Under the pieces are notes generated by a model. The model was not told the origin of the DNA. It searched no databases and worked only from the letters and a program-made list of their open reading frames with translations. Below, piece after piece: positions 1-14,100 of a stretch of 64,000 bases of DNA. Position numbers and translations under genes: made by a program. The stretch is taken from contig JAQGDQ010000001.1 of the NCBI GenBank assembly GCA_030141605.1, forward strand, positions 2,790,001-2,854,000, in the 5' to 3' direction. Source of the stretch: Tubiluchus corallicola. Its lineage: Eukaryota > Animalia > Priapulida. How positions within the stretch are numbered: position 1 is the stretch's first letter; every line of letters starts with the position of its first letter.

Positions 1-20
1 TTTGACATTTCTAAAAAAAT

Positions 21-61
21 TGGGGGGGGGGGGCCGGGCCCCTATGGCACTACGCCACTGC
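21..61. mobile_element. End of a hAT-like MITE (element runs off the left edge of the window)
   Basis: G-run followed by GGGCCCC...CTACGCCACTG; the reverse complement CAGTGGCGTAG resembles termini of non-autonomous hAT elements. The other end is not visible. Confidence 0.4.
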
Positions 62-1056
62 CACTAAACCATATATTTTTAAGACAAAGAAAATCATGTG
101 TTTAATTATATTGCTAACGTATCTCTCACACTTTAATCAAACGCAGAAATAAATAACAGCCTGGACAGACAGACATTGGAAGTTATCAATTTCCTGACCT
201 GTAGACATTTTAGCATGTTGGAATTTTTCGTCCGTGTGTGTGGTTTGGGAATTAAAAAAAGGGGTCTTGTGGAATACTTATCGTGTCTGTCTTTGGTATA
301 GCAAATAATTCAACAAACGAGGTTATGCGCTTTAAAATAATTCGTTTTTAAGCGACTTATTATATTAACATATTTTAGGAATCAATTATATCATGCGTAC
401 AACTGTTACTAGCTGTAACGGGCGTACCAACAAGACTGGCAGGCGGAGGTTTTACATATTACTCCATCTTTGTTTCAAATCGCCTTATTCACTGACTGCA
501 GAATCAAGTATTCCAATCAAGCAAAAAGTAATCTTGACATTACAATACAGCCAGGGCAATAAAAGCAGTTTTGCAGCTATAAACAGAGCGCTCTCCAGAG
601 CATTAATCACATTACGCCACACTAATTAAGAAAATAACAGCTTCCGCGCAAAGGCTGTGACAATTATAAGCAACCCGCTTGCGCCTAATTTGCACAATTA
701 TAGATGGGTTAATAGCGTTTGATTTGCTTTTCTAATGCAGCGGCGTCTTAAATGACTTATCCTGGCAAAGCTGCTAAAATATTCATTATTTTGAGCGTTA
801 ATCTTTGCTACTTTTGAAATAAAATCGTTTATGTGGCATGAAACAAGGTCACAAAAATAATTTTTACGCTAAGCAATTACAGTATCGGCAAACTGAAAAC
901 AGGCACTTCTACGAAAAAAAGACAACAAGGTTTTTGCAATAGTATCACTTAAATTCTTATTACCAATTGACCCTATTTTTGTTGTAATTGTCGTCTGTTG
1001 TTATTACAGTGAGTAAAATACTTGAACATTTAAAACAATAAAAAAAACAAAATTAT

Positions 1057-1117
1057 AATGATGATGAAGATGAAGATGGTGATGATGATGATAATAATAA
1101 TAATAATAATAATAAAA

Positions 1118-1197
<80 letters not shown>
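1057..1197. repeat. Compound trinucleotide microsatellite (ATG/GAT)n then (TAA)n
   Basis: Directly visible; it explains the spurious poly-I/Y/H ORF at 1004-1255. Confidence 0.97.
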
Positions 1198-1198
<1 letters not shown>

Positions 1199-3339
1199 CA
1201 TCATTATTGTTACTAATGGTGGAAGCAGTGACAGCAGTAAGGACAAGGAAAACAATACCAGGAATTACAAATTTATATGTGTTATCTTATGTCTAGTCTT
1301 AATATTTTGGCTTGTCATAACAAATAATGTCTGGGTTGGGTGCTTTCTTGTTACTTTGCAGTAGATATAACTCCTGACGTTATAAAATACCAACCAGTGC
1401 TTCAAAAGTTCAAATGAATGCAGCATTTCTTTTCCATTTTTGAGATAGTAGTATGACGAAATATTCGTGTGAAATTCGTTTAAACAAGGAGATTCCATCT
1501 GTACCACCATTTGAAAAAAAGCTAAACAAATTATAATAATGACATTGTTTATTAACAAACAAATTCTTATACCTAGTTTTTATTTTTTCAAGCTTTATGA
1601 AGAAAGGATAAATAAGTTTTTATCACAAGCCATAAAACAACACTAATTAATTCTGCATGCAGTTTCAATGCTAACGTACTTAATAATTCCATTTGAAAAA
1701 GTTTCTTCAATCCTGTTTGACAGAAATGACATACTGAATGGCGTATGTAACATAACTTCTTTGTAATCATAATCAAAAACAGGGCTGACCACATGCAAGC
1801 ATTACAAATTTGTGTAACATTTACATCAGGTAGTGGTAATGAAAACAACGACATCATGTTACCTTAGCACAGGTCTAAGCAGAGGATGAACATAATCCAG
1901 ATGTACTTGCCAGACACATCAATTATACATTGTACAAACTGAAATTTACCTTAAGTCACCTTCCAAAACTATAACTCCAAAAAATAAAAATATGGAATCA
2001 CAACAATTATAGCTCAGGCATTTTGTGAAAAATAAGGGAAGAGCCTTCCACTAATTGCGAAAAAAAATTTCAACTGATCTGTCGTCATAAATTCTTAAAA
2101 ACGTATGAGATAGCCCAAGAAATTCTCATGGCAAAATGTTCTAAAAATGTGCCAATAAAGAAAAAAATGGAACCTTCCTCAAAGGGCACCACTCTAAAAA
2201 GATTCCGCAACGTTCTTAAATTTTTTACATAGCTGGCAGTGGTGAGTTATGACATCATTAATTTTGACATTTTCAGCACTTTCACTATGTGGATTTTTTT
2301 GTGATTTTTGGTAGGTTTTTAAGAATGTGTTCACAATGCTGGATCAGTTGAAAAAACTGTGTTGCAGTTAGGCATAGGTCTTGTTATATATATTTACTGG
2401 AATACTAATCCCATAAGACAATTAAAGTCAACATCAAATTAAATTTTCACTTTATGTTACAAATGATATCCAACAAAAATTGTTAGATATGCACCAAGAA
2501 CGTGTTACAGAATTCAGTACAAAATGCTGCTGTTTCTATTCTACTAAAAGTTTTTAAAAAATCAATATTGTTCTAATTCATTGAAAATATTGTCTGTATA
2601 ATTTAGTTCATACACATAGACTTAAGCCCTGCTACGCAATTAATATTACTTCTGTCATTAAGAAAAAAACATTACAAAAATTACATGTGCAATACTGTTA
2701 CGAATTTTACGTATTTAGCAAATAATTTTACTCTTCATCTGTAGTGTGATTAAACTTTAACAGAAGCTTATCCAAATATCGGACAACACAACATTGTCAG
2801 ATATGTAAGTACTTGCAGTTCTGTGCAAATATTACTTAATAGTACTTTATTTTGCATAATTTACTTTACCAGTTCATAGTATATTGAAAATCAATTAAAC
2901 CAAATCATTTGACCTCAACATTAATATTTCTAAGTAATAGAAGGGTAGGGCAGTCAAAAAAGCTGCTAGACTAAGTGGACACAGCATCACTGTGCATTAG
3001 GAGCATACTACTAGTCCAAATGTTCACTTAGCAAATCAAGCAATTGAGGACATATCACAGATGCCATCACAAATAAAAGATTTCAGTTTCATTAAATTTA
3101 TCTGCAAACTGTCCATCGAAAAATATATGTATTCTCCCTTTAGAATTGCTTTAGCACTGTATAATGGTTAGATTTAATATTGTTGTTTCTATATTAATGT
3201 GTAGGGGCTCAAAAACAGTGTAATTCTCAAACTGCTACTTGCATGTTGCACTATTCATGCTTTACAATATATACACTCATCACTGTACTGAAATAAATAA
3301 GCCCTGCATACAATTGTAGGACGTTACATTGATTATAGT

Positions 3340-4410
3340 CTAGGAATTGACAGAGATTTGTATTACATCTTGCACACAAAAGGTTTGAGTGCTGGAATCC
3401 ATTGACAGTCTATTGGGCATCTTTTTATTGATCACCCTTAAGTTTTGAAACTGGTGCCTTAGCTAAAGGGCACCCCTAAGATATCCCCAAATGAATGTAA
3501 ATCATATTTTGAGGATATCAATGAAACATTTTGCAAAAATTTTCTTTAAACTTGCATAATTGACTCAATTTTTTGCTTCAGGTACTTAAAATAAGACACT
3601 AGTGTATGATCAAGAAGTTTTAACTACATTTACGCCATCTTTACTTCGTTTCTGAGCACTATGGCATAATAACTTATGGTTAAACAATCATGTTAAGTAC
3701 CGTTTTGTTAGAAAGGAGGTACGTTTATCATGCGCTATTATGCTAGCCAGCGATTTTGCTTTGAATCTGTCATTGGCTCGTCCGCTGAAATTTGTGGAAA
3801 CTAAACTTTTAATCACAAGCCAAGTGGTTTGTTTTGGAAGCTTTGGCTGCTTTGGACAAATCGCTTAATCACTTAACTGTTGCTGTTATACCACCGTTGT
3901 AGCGGCAGTAACAAGCCAATCTTCTCTGCGACTTTACAATCGTAAATGTCATAGAGCAACTAACAGTGCTCTTGGAGACAATTCTGTAAAATACAGAAGA
4001 GCATAAGCATAAAGACCTAATATTTAAGGTTCTTGTCACCTTTGCAGTACATACTAATCTGATAAATGACTCGTACTTCTATACTAATAATACTACGCTC
4101 ATTGGCTAATAGATCAAATCGGTTAATCGGGTCAAAACAGTTCCATCCTAAAGTTTAGAGGAACCTACTGTATTTAAGAATCACTGGTCTTTATTCAATA
4201 AGATCTAAAAAAGACTTTACAAAGTTTCACTGATGTACTCAAAGTGTAATTTAAATTGATTTGGGGGTTTTAGGAGCACCTTCTACTAGGCTACCAATTT
4301 GAAAGCTTGAGAATGACCACTATAAGTAATCTCCAATGTCTCCAATGGATTCCAGGACTCGCACCTTTTGTATGCAAGGCGTAATATAAATCTCTGTCAG
4401 CTCTTGATTT
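3340..4410. repeat. Diverged long inverted repeat, arms about 3340-3540 and 4210-4410 (old foldback/MITE-like)
   Basis: TGACAGAGATTT 3348-3359 pairs with AAATCTCTGTCA 4388-4399; CTGGAATCCATTG 3392-3404 pairs with CAATGGATTCCAG 4343-4355; collinear similarity continues to TGAAAC 3522 / GTTTCA 4224. Confidence 0.8.
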
Positions 4411-4628
4411 ATTAGAAGCACACGTAAAATTTGCACATTTTCAGTATTACTTACTTATAATTAACATAAGTCTCCATAGGACTACTTCAGTACCTTAGGG
4501 AGTGCAGCTTCAGTTTGAATAAATTTAACTTATAATAATGCTTGCTGTACCAAATATTTACATATAATAAAACAACAACATTTTACCGAACTTGAGATGC
4601 TAGACCCATCAGGAAAAGAATTTTAGCA

Positions 4629-7600
4629 TTATCGTTTACCATTGTTATATGCCATCGAACGCATTGGTATCTTAAAATTAGCAGCAGCCTGTTGTTGAAG
4701 CTGATATGCCATTGGATGAATTTTAAAACCAAACAACCTGCAATGAACAACATAATAATATATATATCAGTAAAAACGAGTGGACCAACTTAGTTTTTTT
4801 TTGTAAAAGTAAACGGTATAAACAGTACAAAAAGTAAAAACCTTTATGTAAAATATATACAATTTAATGAATAACAAGAATAAAGAATGGGGAGGCTCAA
4901 GTACAGAAGGTTAAAGGGGACAACCAAAACTTTTACGAGTTTCTCGGCTTAATCCAGCTAGGAGTATATATTTCAGTGCCTATATACCTCGGTCTGCATA
5001 AATATATATATATTCAACTTGTCTAATTATATTTTCCCCCAAAATATTTCAATTGCATGTTTGGCCGCCAGATGGCGCCACATGTTTCTATTAACTACAT
5101 GTCACAGGTTACATAGGTTACAAGTCACATGTTACATATGACTATTTAATAAACTGTTATAAGCTGTGTACTTTTGTTGCTGTTGGTTTGTATGTATTAT
5201 CGTTAGCTTTTCAAAATTTCATTTCTTAAATTTTTGTATTATTTGCAAATGCGCTTCTCGTTTCACTCATGCATTGAGTAGCAGTTATTCATGTGTCGTA
5301 GGTCACGTCATTACCATTAACTAAATACATCTACTTAATTATATAATGTCTAACATCACTAATATCTGCTACGCCAGCATACAATAATATATAATTATGC
5401 ACCTTGGCACAAACTGATTTGCCGGCCGTTTCGGTCTGTATTCGGGATGAACCATAAAAAGCATATGAGGAAAGCCAGTACCAAAGTAAGCACCATCCGT
5501 ATGATGATGACGAGATGATTTTGGTGTATAAACATCCATGCACTTTGGACAGTAAAGTTTCACCATGGCTTCACCGGGTACATCACTCAAACCTAGATGC
5601 ACAAAATCAGAGTTATTATTTCATTAAAAAGATGATGCCTGCCACGGAAACACAATCAAAGAGGCAATGCTGCATGGTAATGGGTGAATACAAGCACATA
5701 AAACATACATAGTAGCAGCTTTGGCAAGATGGTAAAAATCCTTAATGTTGGACATAAATTTTGCACCATTGTTTGATACATATGTATTACTATGGACTTT
5801 CCATTAGTCTTTTACACTTATATGCAATCTAAATTTTAATGGAAATGACAAAAAATTCCATTACAAATAATTCTGTACTTTCCAATACACAGTTTAAAAA
5901 TAAACTTGGTGAACCTGTAATAAAAAAAACAAGAGAAGCCTAAACAAAAGTGTAACAATAAGAAAATGGAATCGTGTTTAAAGGACAAGAAAAGGGGTAC
6001 CTGAAGTAGGTTTCAGAAAAATCGCCTTAAAAAACTGTTTGTTTTCATTTGTTGTTGAAATTGTTTGTTCTCATTTTAAATCTCCGGTAATACAGTTCCT
6101 ACAGCGCTATTACATGGCGTCATATACACGCAACATAAATCAGGGGAGAAAAGGAAATGTTCAACTATGTCCCAAAAAGCTTTTCATACAAAGTTATATT
6201 ACTTAGCAGGATGCTTACCTGTTTGAAAGACTTAGGTAACTAGAAAACAAAATTATTATTTAAAATGTTTTAACCAATTGGTAAAATGTCGTTGACTCAC
6301 CTCCAAGGTACGCTACTGACTAACCAAAAAAATGTATTTTTAATCTTAATGACAGGATACAGTAATTTAAAATTTTACTTAGTTAGTGACGTGTGGGCTA
6401 CAAATACTGATTATTTTTCAAACTTTACTCAATGTTATATAAACTCTTTTCAAATGACTTATCGTCAAAATGGCTACATGTAACGGTCATCGCGAGAGTT
6501 TAAATTTACGTTTTATATAGCATTACTGCTGACGCAAGCCCCATACGCAAATCAGCAGCATGTAAGTGACATAAAATTTGAAGACGAATTTTTTAAGCTT
6601 TATGTTAGTGGAGGATTTTCTTGTGGTTTAAACGTTAATGCAATAAAAATTATTTAATGGCCAAAAAGAAGCTACATCCATGCTATTTTCAAACTACCAT
6701 GCCTATATTGTCCTGCGGTTAAAGTATTTTATGAATCAAACTAAGAAATTCTGTAACACACGAGCTCATGACAGATTACTTATCTTTACTCTCTTGCATT
6801 TATTCGGTCGTGCACTTGCTATATTCATTAATACAGTGGTGATAATGAAACAAGTATAACATAATTACTGTACTTTTTAAAACGAATGGAGGCCACAAAA
6901 CTTATTCCTAATTTTGGCCATATTTTAGATAATAGTTGATTTGGCCAATAATTAGTAATTGATTATGGTGATTCAGTAACTGTTTTGTTTCTGCACAATG
7001 CAGTGTCCATCTTCCTAGAATAGTTCTCATCAAAAAGATTATTTGGCTATTGGCTACTAACTATTTACCAAGGAATGACTGCAGCATTAATTTCTCAGCA
7101 ACAACAAAGTGAGTCAAACTGGGCCATGCAGATTGGGTGTGATGCTTTGATGCCTTATTAGATTAAATTACTACTTTCTACTTATTATTTAAAGTAGCCC
7201 CCCCCCACATAGCGGGCAGATCACTAGCCAAAATAATTAATCTAACACCAACATGAATCATATTGTCAGCCTGAGAATGATTTTAGTGCAGTAGCTAGCA
7301 AACTTAGCCTGTGAAAAGCTAGTAGCTGCTGTTATTTAGTGAAGAGATAAATAACTAATGCTTCAGAATATTTGGTATTTTTTTGTTTTTTCTATTGATT
7401 TGCAATATTGCAAAAAAAAAATATTGGACAGCAAACATAAGGTTAATATTACATTACCTATAGGTAGCATTGGTGGGTTCTCACAATAAACTCGTGGACA
7501 ATGTCCGAAATCACCCTGCTGATACTTTTCCAGCTAAACAACAAGAACAGAATATAAAATATCCAAACAAAAATAAAAAAAAACTATAACAAAAATAATA

Positions 7601-8795
7601 TCTAAAAAGTGTATTATAATATAATAAATTTACCTATAAATAGTGTATATTTTCTTGCAAATAGGCATTTTATTTCAAAAATCAGCAAAATAGATAGACT
7701 CCACCAAAAATCAGTTTCTGGGTTTGAGAGTAAAGTTTCATTTATCGTGCACTCCATTCAGTAAAGAAGTTTCTGATGTTATTGGAACTTACCATTTGGG
7801 CTATTCCACGGTTTGTAAGGATATATCGAGCATGTATTAGGCCATACAACATCTCAGCTGCCTGCTCTATGAGATCGCTTTGGTTTGGATTATCTTCAAG
7901 CTCATCATCTTAAGAAAATAAAAGAAACGAAAATTATGCTATCTACAGTAATTTGACATAAATGTAAGACGTGGACAGGTTTTAGCCAGTTCTTCACAGG
8001 TTAAATAACCAAAAAAATGCAACAAAGCATTCAAAAGCTATAGTGTTCCATTTTACTGTGAAAACATTAACATATTGCTGTACATAATACTGTATAGTAT
8101 CATGCTTTCAAATGTGAACTGTTTTTAAACATATCTACAAAATAGTTGGTAGGGATAAAATTCCGCAAAAATGTTGAAATTTTAGATAATGAAAATGTTC
8201 AACATTTTACCTCCTAAATTTTTGTATAGTGATCACTTAAACACCAAAAAACCTACTGTTAAAAACTAAACATACCTGGTTCCAAGTCCAGTATCATATC
8301 AAGAGCATGTCTGTAATGGGGTACCTGCTCATTCAAACCAGTTAAATTAAATTTATCTTGTATATAGTCTTCATCAACCTAAATAATGTTCAAACAGTGA
8401 CACATTACTTTTTGAAAATTATAAAAAATATATGTACTGATAAAATAGCATTTAACATCTCTGGTAACGGATAAACTCATCTCACCATATAATAGTTACT
8501 AAATTACAACAGGCAATTGATAATTAAAGCTTATTATTTATAAAATTTCAAAAGCAACGTTTTTTACTTGCTTGCCTGACTGTGTGATATCTAACAAAGG
8601 GAGCTTATAAAGTGGTTTGGCTCTAATTTAATTTAATAAATGTAAATTGTATTTAGTGGAAGAAAAAGCAAAATATCAGTCAATTTGGTACACTTTACAT
8701 AGTTCTGAGTATATTTCAATTACCTCGCAGAAAAATTCATTGCCTCTCAAACCACAGAACCAGGATATCCACGAAACCTCCTCTGAGCTGCTCAT
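4629..8795 (-). CDS. CSNK2B: Casein kinase II subunit beta, 221 aa, 6 coding exons
   Basis: Exons 8724-8795, 8276-8378, 7793-7908, 7458-7533, 5403-5592, 4629-4737 (all GT-AG, 666 nt, frame-consistent). Translation [39 protein letters not shown]...CPRVYC...[43 protein letters not shown]...YNNGKR* is unmistakably CK2-beta. Confidence 0.98.
5063..5081 (+). promoter_or_regulatory. CTCF-like motif in the last CK2-beta intron
   Basis: GGCCGCCAGATGGCGCCAC closely matches the CTCF core consensus CC(A/G)CYAG(A/G)(G/T)GGCGC. Confidence 0.5.
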
Positions 8796-10117
8796 GGCTG
8801 AAACTTTGCACCAGCAATATCAGACCTTCTGAATCTTCTAAAACCAACAGATATAACAGCAACTGAGAGACTAATTCATCAGAAATACAAAGGCGAGTTT
8901 TAGACACTGTCTATGTGCTCTGCCTATGCTGATTTCCAATGGCGTTGTTTCAGTATTGATAACCCTTGTGTGACATGACTAGCACTACTACACACATACT
9001 ACTCCACACTACTACATGACTGTGCCAGCTTAATTACACTACCATACTTACCGCATCATCACACCATTTAGATTGTCAAGAAATTGCACCTCACAGGAAT
9101 ATCAAAATGAATAAGCCCATAGAAAGTGTTCGGGTGTTCTGAGTCCCACAAAAGTTCAAAAAATTATCCGAATTTGTATACGGGCTGAGAGCACAGACCT
9201 CTACTTTATGGTCACCGAGAAAATGAGTATCGGTCGGCTCAACCAGTTAGTCAGTTACTACCTGATCTGTGCTGTAACAAAATTCTGGTAGCTAGCAAAT
9301 TTCGACTCCACTCAATCAAAGTTGCAGGGTGTGAAGTAACGCTTTAGCCAATGTACCGCAGTTGTGCTACAACGCGTACGCAAAATTGTAGAACCAATGT
9401 GTTACATGGCTGCCAAAATACCAAGAATTTTGACAAATTTTTGAAAATCCTACGAAAGTTAGTTCATTTTACAAATTCTAATGTCGTTCAAGACAGAAGA
9501 CAAAAAGTGAAACGAGACAAAACAAATAATGACATACTTTAATGAAATATTGGACTTGCTCAAAAAGCCAACTTATTTCACATCAAAAGACTAAGGATTC
9601 AAATAGGAAAGGCTATTTACATCAAAACTGTACTGAAAAGTAACTATGTTATTACTTATGCTAAAGTTAAATTTAAAAAATTTACGAGGTAACGTCTAGA
9701 ATTTGGCACCTTTCTGCAACTGCCTAGTCTGCCTGGTGGTAGGGCCGGCCCTGTGTACGATGCAGAAAAAAATGAACGGGAAACTAACCACTCTTAGTCT
9801 TAACTGTTTTGTTTATTCATTGTTGTCAGCTTCTTAAAACTTTATTTTCACAATTACACACAAATTGGTTTTCGGAAAACATACTTTACTGCTCTTGCTA
9901 CATCTGAATTAGTTGACAGAACACTAGAAAATGTTGATAATAAATTGTATACGTACGTGCGGATTATTTCTGGATCCACAAAAAGCATTTGATACTGTCC
10001 AACACAATATACTGATCGATAAACTTAACCACTACGGTATAAAAGGCTGTTATAAGTCTGTACCCCAATCGCCTGTTAGTCTTAATAACTTTGTTTTTTT
10101 CTGTTAGGCATGCATAT

Positions 10118-10213
10118 TTGTGTGTGTGTGCATGCGTGCGTGCGTGTGTGCATGCATGTATTTATATATATAATATATGTATGTGTATGTATATATATAT
10201 ATATATATATATG
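10118..10213. repeat. Compound (TG)/(TGCG)/(TA)n microsatellite
   Basis: Directly visible. Confidence 0.9.
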
Positions 10214-10847
10214 TAGCCATCAGTACTATGTACTATTATAATAATGTAATTTATTTTGTAGCAGATAGAGGCCTCATGACAATGTAGATGCCATACTGGA
10301 AATGTGTTATATGCAGTACTAACATGTAAATGAAAGTTGAGAGGTAAGACAATTCTCTCTGCGTAATATCTACACATCTCTATGTACATTGCTTACCATG
10401 TCAACATTATATGTATTTATTAAGTCTTTATGTCCTTAATATGTACGTTAAAATTTAAACCTACATTTCATAAGTTCAATCTTAGTACACTAACCATTCC
10501 CTTACTTACTTAAGCAACTTGGTAATGCTCCATATGTAAACTTTTATCACACCTAATTCTGAAAATTTCGTCAAGATAATTGCGCACATAATTAATTACT
10601 AATAGCAACATTACTTACAGGGTGGTTGACCTCGATAACTTTTAGTTCTTCGCCACCCCTTCACCAATCAGTTGAATATCATATCTCAGATAAATTAATC
10701 ATTATAATTTTGTCACATTGTATCATATTATCGTTTCATGCACTGTGTTTTCTTGTAAAAAGTTTATAAATAAAGATACTTACTTACATGACTACTAAAG
10801 AACTTAGTTGTAATTAATACGAAAAATGACAAAATACGAAAATTTAC

Positions 10848-11135
10848 CTGAATATCTGTCAAAATAATCCAAAAGTTTAGACAAAAATTTCTCTTTGCAG
10901 GAACCGTTACGGGTTTCGTGAAATCTGTGGCGTTCTCTTGTGGCAGAAAAAATATCGGTTTTAAGTGTCAGTTTGGCCACGAGAAGCCGCTTATTTGTGT
11001 GCATTTCGGGTTATTTCCCGCTGTTGGTGTTTGGTAGTATTTGTCGAGTATGAAATTCTACGAAAATTTTTTATATTTTTATTTTCTCTGATAATAATAA
11101 TCGAATTGAAAATTTGAACTGTAGCATTTTACAGA
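10848..11135. promoter_or_regulatory. Putative bidirectional promoter and 5'UTR exons of CK2-beta (minus) and POLE3 (plus)
   Basis: Minus-strand donor CAG|GTAAAT at 10848/10847 implies a non-coding first CK2-beta exon. The POLE3 ATG is under 300 bp away on the plus strand, with a CpG-richer stretch at 10900-11030. Confidence 0.6.
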
Positions 11136-14100
11136 ATGGCCGAAAAACCAGAGGATCTAAATCTCCCAAATGCCGCGATTGTTAAGATTGTTAAAGATTC
11201 GGTATGTGACGACTGCTCTATAACATACAGCTTTACAGGCTTATTCGATAGTGTTTGTCTGTATTGATATCTGGGCAACATGTTAGTTGCTAACTGTTAA
11301 TTGTTATATCGATAGTAGGTAAAAGGATAGAAGAGAAGACAGCTGTGAATTCTGCCTACATTTTTTTCCAAGTTTGTTATGGGCTTTATCACGTTATAGT
11401 AAATTATATACCATATTTTTACGAACAGGTAGAATAGTGATATAATAAAATTAATAATGCTGATTTTTCTGTTATTTTTTGCGTCTGTACTGTTAACATT
11501 TGGCAGTACTCATACTGTAGATACACACGATCTTCTTCACCAAAATGATAATCGTAATTGATTACAAATTTTGCTATAATTGTAATTGTAATTGTTTTTA
11601 TAAAACGCTATAAATTCTCAGTTACAAATCTAATCTAGATAGTGATCGATGTGTTTTCTGTAATTGATTTATAAACAGTAATCCCATGTTTTATTAAATT
11701 TATTTTAACAAAATGTTTTTTACGGAAATGCCATCGAAAGCATTTAAACTCGCGCAAACAGATGTAGATGCACATGTCTTTGCGTGTGCCAACCCGTAAA
11801 CCTTTCTGCACAACTTGCATTTTTCTATACATGTAAGGCCAACCACAAAAAAATTATCTCTGTCTTACCTCATGAACTCAAAAGACGTCTGTAGGGAGGG
11901 AGGTAAAAAAAATTTTCAAAAGCTTCAAATTTTTTTAAAGCTTTGTGAATGTTTAATTTGTCCTGAATCATGTAATATTTAAAATCAGTCGAAATCAAAG
12001 TTTGTTTAGTTACCCCTGGTTAGCAGTAATGTCTTAAATTTTTCAATGCACGTTTTTCACGCTTTGTTTTTTTAGTTTCGCATTACTAAATTATCGTATA
12101 ATTATTAATTATTATATAGTCTGTTTTTGTTTTATGAACGTGTATGTTCTGATAATTATGGTATATAGGGCAACAAAACTCGGCCGTTACTACACAAATT
12201 TGGCAGAAAATTCTATGCTTTTAGCCTTCAATACAATGAGCATCATACAAAATGGCAACCCTGCCGAAATTTAGCCGTGGAAAAACATTTTCGCATCCTC
12301 CGTTCCGTGAAAGAACGATGTTATAATAATTATAATAAATTAACAAAAATATGCTTCTTATGAATGCGTCAAGAAAGTATATGAACGTAAATGTAAAATT
12401 CCCGGCCAGGTGTGCGATAAAATATATTATCCGGGCGATTAGACGGAAACAGAAATTTTTTTATTATCGGCCTAACTTATTGCACAGAAAAGTTATTACC
12501 AATGTACCGCAAATAATTATGGGTATTTTTGTATAATCGTTAGTAGAACTTTTCAGAATTTATTTAAGAATGTACAAAATATGGAATGGAATAAAACACG
12601 CTGAGAAGATGTGACATAGTAAATGAAATAAATGTCAGTTAAGCTTTCTGCTTAAATCAGTGCATTAATACAAAATTGAACGCCTAACGATATTTAAATA
12701 ACTACAAGTATAAGTAAAAAATTTATGGTGAAATATCTGCTTTAGTTTTATATCTCACTGAAATGGTAAAAACTATGCCCTACATCACACACTCTACCAT
12801 TCACTAAAGTGCCTAGATGCCAGATAAACAAATAATAATATCAGAGACTGTCAAAAGACACAGACCTTTCTTGTCACAAACGTGGATTAGGATTTATTAA
12901 CTTTATTGTTATTTTGTAAATATATTTAATCTTTTAGCTTTTTGCAAAAAGTCGTAATTTTAGATGTATGTGGGATTAATAGGTGACTGAAAACCCTAGT
13001 TTACGTTTATTTCCGCAGGTAGAAAATGTATATGAATTCAATTTGTTGATAGTGAAATTCTAGGTGATTATAATGTTTACTACCAATAAAAAACAAGACC
13101 GATTGATTTAAAAATATGTGCATAGTATGTAATTTAACACATATATCTGAGTTTTATGGTATCTACAATGATTGATAGGCAAAAAGACAACAATTACATG
13201 AGTAATGGAAATGTTATGATTAAATACAGCTAATGCTACTTTATCAAAGTAAAAGCCATTGGTATGTTATAAGAATGTTACATATAAATGAACATGAGTG
13301 AAAAGAGCACGTTAACCTTTGCACAGGGTTAAATGTGTACTATGCAAGGGCAGATTCATGTTAAATAGAATAAGATGTAGGTAACTGATGACTGAATTAC
13401 AATTGATAATAATAAATGAACAAAATAACAGCAAGTAAAACCACTGACTGCCGCTATGCACAGTCGCCATCTCATACAGTTAATGTAATTGTAATCTTAT
13501 CCATTCGTAGTCATAATTGTAATCTTACTGTATTCATAGTCGTAAGTGCAATTGCACTGTCGAAGTTTAAAGGTAATTGTATTCTACTGACTGTAATCGG
13601 CCCCTAGGCCAGCTCACATCCAGACCTGCAATTATGCATCCTTTAAATGCTACATGTGCTATAGTAATTCATTTGGAAATTTACAAGTTTTCATAATCAC
13701 ATAGCAAAATATTCCTGCCATGCTACCTTTAGTGTTGTATTTCAAGTGCATCAAATTATCTAAACTTGGCCTTCATAATAGAAATTATACCACCATCTGA
13801 TACTAAGATTGAGAGGACATTTTCTGTGATGGCTTAAATAAAATCTGACTGAAGGAACTAGCTTAGCCAAATGCCAGAGCATTCTTGGACCAATTGAACA
13901 TTTTGATTCTTCATCATGCACAAAAGATTTTTTCTTTCTGCTGTTAGAAAGCCTTGAAGTGCAGTCTTAGTGGACGAAATGAAACATGGGTCTCAAAGAA
14001 GAAACATTTTCTTCTGAGAGCAAACAAAAATAATACTATTGAGCACAATGAATAGCTAGAAAAAATTGCTCACATGTGATGTGATAATCCTTAATTGGCT

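Noticed and set aside
1004-1255. 83-aa minus-strand ORF with poly-Ile/Tyr/His
   Set aside because: Translation of a trinucleotide microsatellite.
8940-9068. Possible C/D snoRNA on the minus strand (GTGATGA ... CTGA with a terminal stem) in the CK2-beta 5' intron
   Set aside because: Stem-to-box spacing is non-canonical, the interior is low-complexity, and I recognised no rRNA-complementary guide.
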